DNA from: Octopus sinensis
Taxonomy: Eukaryota
Assembly (NCBI RefSeq): GCF_006345805.1
Contig: NW_021832534.1
Span: 49,659-113,658 of the forward strand
DNA length: 64,000 bases
Direction: 5' to 3'
Every line of letters starts with the position of its first letter. Position 1 is the stretch's first letter. Made by a program: the position numbers and the translations under genes. Under the pieces are notes generated by a model, which saw only the letters and a list, made by a program, of their open reading frames with translations, was not told the DNA's origin and searched no databases. Positions 54,065 to 64,000 of the stretch are shown here, piece by piece.

Positions 54065-54113
54065 AATAATAATAATAATGATAATGATAATAATAATAAT
54101 GATAATGATAATA

Positions 54114-54144
<31 letters not shown>

Positions 54145-54161
54145 TGATAATAATAATAATT

Positions 54162-54199
<38 letters not shown>

Positions 54200-54201
<2 letters not shown>

Positions 54202-54590
54202 GCCCTGATGCAGTAGCAGGCAGTGGCTCTCATGGCTTCTGATCTTAACTGATTGGAAGTATTATCATGTACATTGTTTTGTCTTGGTATAAAAGATGGG
54301 CTACAGCAAATATTCTGCTCAATGCCACAGATTTGCTTGTCAGTTGTTTGACCGTAACCAGTTGAGCATGTCCCATGGTGGCTGATGATATGTGCATCTC
54401 TGATCACGAGCAGAAGTAGTGGGGGAGCATCATAGCCATGTTTTGAGAGGGATTCTTTGGGGTTTGAATAGTTCACCTCTGGAAACATTGGTGTTTCACT
54501 CAACATCCTTAAACAGCCCTTATTCGGGGACCTTTTGAGCGGGATAGGCAACTCAACTTGAAGAAGATTCTAACTGGACCCCACCTGCAA
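54200..54590 (-). mobile_element. Retroposon 3' end with (TTA)n tail; second copy at ~42130-42380(+)
   Basis: 42150-42320 is the reverse complement of 54225-54400; both end in a long (TTA)n/(ATA)n tract. Confidence 0.7.
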
Positions 54591-54606
54591 GGTCATGCAC
54601 TATCTA

Positions 54607-55244
54607 CGAAGTGGTATCAAAAAGTTCCCAGGCTAGTTCTGTAGCACACCAACAGATGGCAGCACGTGGTTGAGCGTGCAGTCAGAGCTAGCAGTGACCT
54701 TTATGAGGCAGTGTGTTGAGTGACATCGCTATGTTTACTTTGCAAGTTGTGAAATTTGTGTTTTTATGATATTGTGCATCGAGAATTCATTCCCTAGAGC
54801 CAGACCATTAATCGCGAGTTCTACTGCAACATTTTAAAGCGTTTGAAGGAGGAAATTCGGTGAAAGTAACCACATCTGTGGAGTACAAAGAATTGGATTC
54901 TTCAAGACGACAACACACCCTGTCACCACTTGTGAGTTTCTTGCCAAAACCAACATGGTATCGCTTCCGCATTCACCCTATTCGCCATATTTAACACTTG
55001 CAGACTTCTATCTTTTTCCAAAGATGAAAAGGCAACTCAAAGGTCGAGATTCAGAGCAAATCACAGAAGATTCTCGACTCACTTATGGAAAACGATTTCC
55101 AGGGCAGATTCCAAAAGTGGCAGGAACTCTGTGTCCGGTGTATTGTTGTGCAAGGTGACTATTTCGAAGATGATGTAAAAACTTAGGTAATAAGTAATTT
55201 TTTTATTAAACATAACTAGTCCGGAACCTTTTGATATCACCACG
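54607..55244 (+). mobile_element. Non-autonomous mariner derivative
   Basis: TA|CGAAGTGGTATCAAAAAGTTCC ... GGAACCTTTTGATATCACCACG|TA; remnants IVHREFIP...FYCNILKRL and LPHSPYSPYLTLADFYLFPKMKRQLKG. Confidence 0.85.
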
Positions 55245-55827
55245 TATCTTGATATGAAATCGCCATGTCGCCACATATGGTTGTGATGCATGTACCTGGT
55301 GAACCCTTATCAGGTGGGATGTCATGGTAGGTAGATTGATCTTTGTATATTTGTACCCCAGTGTAACTTTGATGGCATCCACTGCTCTCTCACTCAAAAA
55401 GAAGAAAAAAAGGAGGAGGAGGAGGATAAATAGTAATAAATTAAAATGCACTGATTTAAACAAAAATTGAGTTAGTATGCACGTACATACATACATGCAT
55501 GCATGCATGCCTGTACATATTTATGTGTATATATATATATACACACACATACATACATGCATGTATGTATGTACGTATATATGTATTTATTTATTTTCTC
55601 TCCTTGTTTCTTTCTGTGTTCCTTTCTGTGGAAGAGTATAGGCTCGAAACATTAAAGAATTTTTCACTTCCCAAGCGTTATACTAATACATCTGTTTGTT
55701 GTCTATACAACCTGTCTTCGTCTATTGTTTTGTTTTTTTGTGTGTGAATTCTCCCTATATATATATATATGTACATACACAGGAGTGCCTTGGTTTTCAA
55801 GCACTTCTGATCACAAATAAATTGTGC

Positions 55828-55861
<34 letters not shown>

Positions 55862-55865
<4 letters not shown>

Positions 55866-56187
55866 GGCACGTGGGATAGTAGTTAGGGCATTCGGCTCAT
55901 GATTGTAAGGTCATGAGTTCAATTCCCAGCGATGCGTTGTGTCCTTGAGCAAGATACTTTATTTCACGTTGCCCCAGTCCACTCAGCTAGCGAAAATGAG
56001 TAATACTTGTATTTCAAAGGGCCAGCCTTGTCACACTTTGTGTCATGCTGAATCTCCCTGAGAACTACGTTAAGGGTACACGGGTCTATGGAGTGCTCAG
56101 CCACTTACACGTTAATTTCACAAGCAGGCTGTTCCATTGATTGTATCAGCTGGGACCCACGTCGTCATACCTGACAGAGTGCGACGG

Positions 56188-56188
<1 letters not shown>
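55862..56188 (+). mobile_element. tRNA-headed SINE family C
   Basis: Head with gtagttagggcattcggctc...gagttcaattccc. Other copies at ~1645-2030(-), 25377-25690(+), 35580-35880(-), 42715-43035(+), sharing ...ttaagggtacac..gtctgtggagtgctcagccacttgcacgttaatttcac... Confidence 0.85.
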
Positions 56189-56218
<30 letters not shown>

Positions 56219-56454
56219 GTATGTGTATATATATATATATATATTATGTGAAATAGAAAGATGAATAATCTTGTTGTAGATTAATCAAAAGTTAACCGAT
56301 ACCTTAGTAGCAAAAATCACAGCAGTAAACAGCACGGTTGGAGGTACAACCATCTGGCGTTGCAACCGTGCGTTGGTGCGGATAATTGAAATTAAAACAT
56401 TATTGGTGAATTGAAGAAATGGAGCTGAACGCAGATTGAACAGAAATCGTTTTA

Positions 56455-56542
56455 TTCATTCTACACGTGTTTCGAAAGGCACAAATTACCAAAATCCGAT
56501 TGAATAATGGGACCATATTGTGTCTTTCTCTTCAGGAAGAAA
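56455..56542 (-). ncRNA. Mirror-image hammerhead ribozyme motif on the minus strand
   Basis: Reverse complement of 56655-56742 within a long inverted repeat; core = plus-strand tcttcag 56529-35; predicted cleavage between 56462 and 56461. Confidence 0.75.
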
Positions 56543-56654
56543 AAGGAAATCCGTTAGAGAAACAAAAACAGAACAGAGGCGGAGCAAAAACCAAATCGAA
56601 CTATGCTCCTAAGAGCCCATGGCGAAACTTTTTGTTTCTCTAACGGATTTCCTT

Positions 56655-56742
56655 TTTCTTCCTGAAGAGAAAGACACAATATGGTCCCATTATTCAATCG
56701 GATTTTGGTAATTTGTGCCTTTCGAAACACGTGTAGAATGAA
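56655..56742 (+). ncRNA. Minimal type I hammerhead ribozyme motif (Penelope-type)
   Basis: Stem I tttcttc/gaatgaa; core CUGAAGA (56662-68); stem II gaaagacacaa/ttgtgcctttc (10 of 11 pairs, G-C closing); GAAA (56724-27); palindromic stem III C-ACGU-G; predicted cleavage after GUA (56735). Confidence 0.75.
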
Positions 56743-56800
56743 ATAAAACGATTTCTGTTCAATCTGCGTTCAGCTCCATTTCTTCAATTCACCAATATAT

Positions 56801-56855
<55 letters not shown>

Positions 56856-56870
56856 ATATATATATGTATG

Positions 56871-56932
<62 letters not shown>

Positions 56933-56972
56933 TTATATATTTAATATATATATAATATATACGTATATATTA

Positions 56973-57047
<75 letters not shown>

Positions 57048-57099
57048 GTATATATATATTATATATTTGATATATATATATAATATACTTGTATGTATG

Positions 57100-60000
57100 A
57101 ATATACATACAAGAAATCCCCAAATATGCCGCTATTCACTGCGCCAGAGACTCTGCACAAATAGTGACTGCATCTTCACGCATCTACCCGGCACTAGACG
57201 CACTACCGGCCAAGGCCAAAGCACGCATCCCACAATAACATCAACACCACCAAATAGTAAATCGAAATTCAAAACACACACAACTCGGAGTCCCAAAATC
57301 TGCCGGTATTCCCAACGTGAGAGAACATGTCTACTGAGTGACTGTCCCTTCACTCATCTTCCAGGGACCCGACGCACAAACAAAACGGGGCCTCAAGCCA
57401 ACACACAAAAAAACAAACCTGAATATAAAATAAAACACACCATGCTGCAGTAATGCTGGTCGAGTCTTTTCAGGAAGACACAAAAACAACAACAACAAAA
57501 GTGGAAACTACAACCCTATCCAACAGTGCAACCACACCTCCGGCCAAAACTGCTCCCTAAGCAGAAAATTCTTTTTTAGCCATGTTGAACATGGCAAAAG
57601 AGATACACAAAAACATTCTAGCCATCACTCAACACCATCCTATGCTATACCCCAGTGCACCAATCCCCACATTGCTGCCACTAACACACACAAAAATCCA
57701 AGCCCCCTGCAACAGTCAAAACCAGCCACTACACTAACCTCCACATTCCTACTCAATGCACAAGGTGTCAGCCCTTCCATCAATGCACAAAAATGGAAGG
57801 TCCAATTCATTGAAGACTGGTTTGGTAACCATTCACACCACATCCCTTTCTTCATTCTCACTGAGACCCACCTTGACAACTCCCACTTGGAAGCCGAAGT
57901 GAGAGTGAAGAATTTCACAACCATCCGCGCGGATTGTATCGGCAGGAGGAAGGGTGGAACTGCCATTTTCCTGCATGATTCATTTACGGCAGATGGAAAT
58001 AGTATATTCTCCAACGGCTACTGTGAATCAGTCACCGTGCACACAAAGCCAATGACCTGACAGTAATTGGGCTCTATAGGCCGCCCCAACACCCATACTG
58101 TGCTTTAAAGAATGCCTCAACAGCATTAAGTGCTTTATTCAACAGTGCCATTCTAGCAACATACTCATGATGGGAGACTTCAATCTACCCTGTGTTGACT
58201 GGACTACAACTGTTTGAAACCAAGCACTCCCGCCTCAACCGCTGACAAAGAAGCAGCAGAGTCACTTTTCGACTTTACGAATGAGTTTTTCTGTCCCAAC
58301 TTGTCCTTGCACCAACAAGACATCAGAACATTTGGACCTAGTGTTTAGTAACCACACTAACACTATACATAACGTTACAGTGGAAAAAACCCTTCTTTCA
58401 GACCATGACATGGTTCTCTGTAACATGAAATTCCACCAGCCGAAAGCTAATCCTAGTGACCTTCCTCCAGCCCACCCATTGACAACATGGATCTCCATAA
58501 AGCCAACTGGGATGCAATCAGGAACGAGCTATCAAATGTTGACTGGTCCTTTACACATACACACATCTCCACCAACCATAAAACATCTTGGCAGATCTTT
58601 GTAGACACCGTCACAGACATATGTGCAAAACACTCCCCCAAGAACCTGTGAACAAAAAGTGCAGAATCCCCCAAAACAAAAACCATTATCAGAAAAATAA
58701 AAAGAAACAAACAAAAAAATTAGCAAACTAAAGTACTGCCAACAGCACACACACATTCGACGGCTATCGCACTGCTTGAATCCAAAAAATATAACCTCCA
58801 ACAATGCATGAAGACCCCATCAATAACCAAAGATCAGTGAGGAGAAGTGGGCATTTGAAAAATCAAACTCAACCCCAAGTGTTCTTTTCATTGCGAGAAA
58901 CGCAGGGTCACTGTCTCCACTGTAGGCCCTCTAATTGACGAAACTGGCACTCTCCAAGATAATGCCAAATCCATGGCCGAATACTGCAGAAACAATACTG
59001 CTCTGTTTTCAGCAATCCTGATATGGCCGATCTGGGCTGTATCAGTGATGTCAACCCCCAACACACTATATCGGAACATAACGTTTAGTGCCCCTGATGT
59101 CTTAGCGGCGATAAACGAAATAAAACACAATTCAGCAGTAGGCACCGATAGGTTCCCTGCTTGTGTCCTGAAGGTGTGTCGACACCAACTGCATCTCCCC
59201 TTGCTAATCTGTGGAGAAACTCACTGGATGCTGGCTATATTCCAAAAAACCTCTGTCCCAGTCTGTTGTCCCAGTTTTCAAAAAGGGAAACAAGTCCCTT
59301 GCAGTGAATTACCGTCCGATCTCACTCACCTCTCATATCATCAAGGTATTTGAGAGGGTGGTGAGATCTCGAATAACCCAATTCTGGAAAGCAACAGACG
59401 GCTGATCTCCAACCAACATGGGTTCCGTAATGGAAGGGACTGCCTAACGCAGCTCCTGCATCACTTTGAGGACATTTGAGAGCTTTGGGAGAGGGCTCCA
59501 ACACCGATGTCATCTACCTTGATTCAGTAAGGCCTTCGACAGGGTCGATCACAAGATCCTATTGAAAAAACTATCCAACATTGGTGTCTCTGGAAAGTTA
59601 CTGAAATGATTAAGTGTTTCCTGACAGACAGATCTCAACATGTTGTAGTTGAAGGGGTAAAATCAAGCCCAGCCAAAGTCAGTAGTGGCGTTCCGCAAGG
59701 CACTGTGCGGCCCACTTCTTTTCATCATTTACATTAATGACATTAATGACATCATCAAGCACAGCAACATAAAAATCTTTGCAGATGACTCCAAGCTACA
59801 GAAGGTCATAAATGAGGCGAGTGACCGGACATGCCTTCAGTCAGATCTACTGGCTGTTATCCAATGGGCAGAAAAAAACAATATGCTGCTGAACGAGGAT
59901 AAATTTGAGCTAATCCACTTGGAAAAGAGGATGCCCTGAAAACTCCCATACTCCCTTCCTTCAGGGTGAACTCTCGCGGCGTCCAACAACATCAGAGACT

Positions 60001-60735
60001 TGGGAGTAATTGTGGACAACAACGTAAGCTGGCACTCTTATAACACCCGCAGAATGTGTTCCTGGATTCTCAGAACTTTCCAGTCGAGAGATATCCACAC
60101 CATTATCCTTCTCTTCTCCACTTTTGCCCGACCCCACCTTGAATACTGTTGTCCACTGTGGTCTCCCCACACAATACAGGTATCATAAAAGTTGAAGCAC
60201 CTCAAAGGGCAATCACAAAAAAGATAGATGGCATGACAGGCCTCGACTATTGGGGTCGGCTAGAAAAGCTAAAACTCTATTCTCTCCAACGTCGTCGTGA
60301 GCGCTACATCATCTGCATGAGGTGGAAAATATTCCATCAGCATTGCCCAATGATGTTGGCATCACCTTTAAGGTACATCCAAGGCTTGGCCCCGTGCCAT
60401 CCGCCCAAAATAAAAACAAAAATCGCACTCTCATCTCATAACAACAATACGGCACAATTATTTCACCTCAATTGGCCCCGCTCTCTTTAAAACATTACAC
60501 CAAAACACATTAAAACAGAAACTGACCCTATAGGGTTCAAGAAGTCTTTGGACAGATTCCTTCAAGAAATCCCGGATAAACCCCCTACACCCGGATATGT
60601 CTCTGTAAACAATAACTCTCTACTTGAGGTGGCCATAGTGCCCAAATTCTGACTTGAAAGACTTCACCAGGTGGTGCTATTAAGTTAGACATGGCCTGGG
60701 CCAATAATGGCCGAAACCTATCAAAGTATCAAAGT
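57100..60735 (+). mobile_element. Near full-length decayed CR1-type (Jockey-group) LINE: ORF1 remnant with two CCCH fingers, then ORF2 APE endonuclease and RT, with multiple frameshifts and stops
   Basis: APE motifs: ILTETHL, GRKGGTAIF, GLYRPP, MGDFNLP, LDLVFSN, SDHDMV. RT motifs: NYRPISLTSHIIKVFE, QHGFRNGRDCLTQL, SKAFDRVDH, SGVPQG, FADDSKL. C-terminal RPHLEYCCPLWSP and LKLYSLQRRRERY; ends in a tatcaaag repeat. Confidence 0.9.
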
Positions 60736-61275
60736 ATATATATATATATATATACGTGTGTGTGTGTGTGTGTGTGTGTCACTAATCTCTTTCTCTAAAA
60801 CAGTATTCATTTAAAAAGTCCTTCACTGCAGAAGTCTGTAAAATGTATTGAAGAGCTTTAGTGAGTTTTTCAAAGCCGTATCAAGGCCCACGATAGCAAT
60901 AAAAAATATCACAGCCGCTACATCATCGCCGTTGCCACCCGCAACGCAAGTGAAAGAGAGATAATACGTGGCTGGCGGCTGAATTGCCTCCAGTGAAAAC
61001 TGTATTTAGAGTTATCTCCCTTATACCCGCTCGGCATATTACTGTCGGCGGTCGGTCGATCTGCTTTAACCCTCTTCCTGCGAGAGACTGTTGCCTTGTA
61101 GTCTGTGTGTGTGTGTGTGTCTAACTAGCTACATGCATTCATCCATCCACATATATAAATAGGCAGATAACGAAAACACTAGTCATGGCGACGAAGCGAC
61201 ATTTGAATCCCATTTACTCGCAAGTTGAGATCTCTTACGAATAGTAATTGTGAAACACAGTAAAACTCACTCTCT

Positions 61276-61329
<54 letters not shown>

Positions 61330-61431
61330 GTATATATATATATATGTATATGTATATATGTATATATATATATACACATACATACATACATACACACATA
61401 TATATATATACATACATATATATATATATAC

Positions 61432-61466
<35 letters not shown>

Positions 61467-61505
61467 TACATATATATATATATATACATACATACATATA
61501 TATAT

Positions 61506-61536
<31 letters not shown>

Positions 61537-62949
61537 CATACATACATGCATACATAAAATATATACATACATACATATTATATTATATATATATATATAT
61601 ATCTATATATATATATATATAATATATATATATATATAGATAGATAAATAGATAGATGATGATGATTGCCCCACCTTCACAGGAGGTTGCCTCCCCCTTG
61701 TGCTTCTTTGTCATGACATTTATGACTTACCACCCATGACCTCTCAGATGACTATTCAGTCCCTTTGCAGTCCTGCATAGTCTGAAGCATAGGTGACAGT
61801 TGAAAGTTGTCACTTACTGTTCACTCCCAACTAGTTGGGTCAGCATCTTTTGCCACTGAGGGAATGACAAATGGGGTCATACTATTAATGCACACCTGTC
61901 TAATCACAGGATTATAGACAATACAGGTGTAACTCACTCTGGTTCCATGATTAATACCCAGTGATTGGCCAAAGCTAGATGACCACAGGTTTTACATCAG
62001 AGTATCCCTCTATGAGACAGGTGCTACAACAACAACTAGGGGTCCCTGTCTTCCAGTGGTCTTACTGCACACCTTGACAGGTTCAGCTTCTCTGGTCAGG
62101 GAAGAGCCAAGAACAATAATCACTAAGATGTGGTTTCATGTTCCTCAAAACCATGGAACACCCGAATCAGGGACCAGCCCAATACCGGATGCTCAGGACA
62201 CTGTTTATGTATCCATGTATGCATGCATGTATGTATGTATGTGTGTATTTATGTATGTATTTATGTATGTATGTATTTATGTATGTATTTATGTATGTAT
62301 GTATTTATGTATGTATTTATGTATGTATGTATTTATGTATGTATATATGTGTGTATGCATGTATATATGCATGGATGTATGTGTGTATACTTACATATAT
62401 ATATGCATGTGTGTGTGTAAATAAATAGAAAGACAGATAGATTGATAGATAAATATAGATATATACATACATAAATACATACATGTCTCTATGTCTGCAT
62501 GTGTATGCATATATATGTGTGTATGTGTATGTGTGCATAGATACGTATGTGTGTGTGTATGTGTGCATAAAGATGTATGTGTGTGTGTGCTCATGCATGT
62601 GTGTGTGTAATATATGCTGACATATCTACACACTTCTATAATGTTATTGGTAAGCATGAAACCAGCGGAAAATGATTACATCATCAACATCACTGCCACT
62701 GCAACCCCAACTGTAACCACTAATGGGATTACCACCACCACCACCACCACCTCCACCATCTCCTACACCACCATATAAGATATATCACAGAACAATGACA
62801 ACAACAACAACAATAACAACACCATCATATACACTGGCTACTACTACTACCACTACTACTACCTTTACTACTACTACTACTACTACTCTGAACCATGTTC
62901 ACCACAACCACCAACACTACATGTTAGTGGGGGGAGTAACCAAGGTACT

Positions 62950-63390
62950 GTAGAGTTAGTAGTGGTTGTTGTTGTTGATGATGATGATGAGGGGGGGGCT
63001 GTTGGTGGTGGTATTGGTGGTGGTGGTGTAGGTGGTTATTGTGATGATGAGGGGGGTGGAGGCTGTTGGTTGTGGTTGTGGTGGTGTTGGTGGTGATTGT
63101 GATGGTGGTGGTGTAGGTGGTGATTGTGTTGATGGTGGTGTTGGTGGTGATTGTGGTGGTATTGGCGGTGGTGGAGTTGGTGGTCGTTGTGATGGTGGTG
63201 GTGTAGGTGGTCGTTGTGGTGTTGGCAGTAGTGGTGGTTGTGGTGTTGGTGGTGGTTATAGTGGTGATTGTGATGGTGGTGGTGTTGACAGTAGTGGTCG
63301 TTGTGGTCTCGGTGGTGGTGTTAGTGGTATTGGCAGTAGTGGTTGTGGTGTCGGTGGCGGTGGTGATACCAGTGACCACCATAATAACTG
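62950..63390. repeat. Degenerate (GGT)n array
   Basis: Direct reading. Confidence 0.9.
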
Positions 63391-63709
63391 ACGCCTGAAG
63401 GAAATTTTTTTTATTCAATACAATCTGGAGAAATGTTTAATACGAGAACCGTGTACAGTGACAACAACAACAACAACAACAACAAAAACAAAAACGGCAG
63501 CAGCAGCAGCAGAGTTTAAAAAAGTACAAATTTCAAACGCAGCACTGAGATGCACACATCTTGTAAACCTGCACTGCATGGCCCTTCTTTATTCCTCCCT
63601 CCCTCTCTCCATCTCTCTCCTCACACCTCTCCTACAAGATCCTTTGTACTGTGTTCTCTCCCCACCCCTCCTCATACCACAAAGAAACGATGTGACACAC
63701 ATACACATG

Positions 63710-63741
<32 letters not shown>

Positions 63742-64000
63742 TGGACAGAAAAATATGCAAGAGAGTAACACCCCTCCAGGAATGAGAAACTCAGAGTAGA
63801 GACACACATACATATATATATATATAAAAATGCATACATACATATATATATATGCATATATACACATATATGTATGCATATACACACACACACATATATA
63901 TATATAATATACATAAATGTACATATATATATATTACATATATATACACACACGTATGTACATATGTATGTATATAATAGATAGTTAGATGCATATGGAA

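Noticed and set aside
63032-63418. Gly/Cys-rich and Thr-rich (mucin-like) ORFs
   Set aside because: Degenerate (GGT)n array open on both strands

Overview
Repeat-saturated, AT-rich animal genomic DNA, not prokaryotic; no CRISPR, rRNA or credible tRNA genes. An octopod cephalopod origin is inferred from the protocadherin type, the SINE families and the extreme microsatellite load. The only intact host gene segment is a minus-strand protocadherin exon (ORF 49910-52318, 802 aa: signal peptide, six cadherin repeats, TM, partial cytoplasmic tail). It is bounded by a clean splice acceptor (52347) and a donor (49918), so its 5' exon and C-terminal exon(s) lie elsewhere. The rest is microsatellites, about five SINE-like families and decayed retroelements (near full-length CR1-type with a CCCH-finger ORF1, L1/Tx1, RTE, possible HERO-type, Penelope-like). 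Mariner/Tc1/hAT derivatives, two non-autonomous Helitrons and a higher-order 21-bp minisatellite are also present. The most notable unexplained structure is a recurring set of Penelope-type minimal hammerhead ribozyme motifs, including a ~400-bp palindrome (56401-56797) with one well-formed hammerhead on each strand, plus several other long fold-back elements. All calls are by eye; no searches or folding were run.
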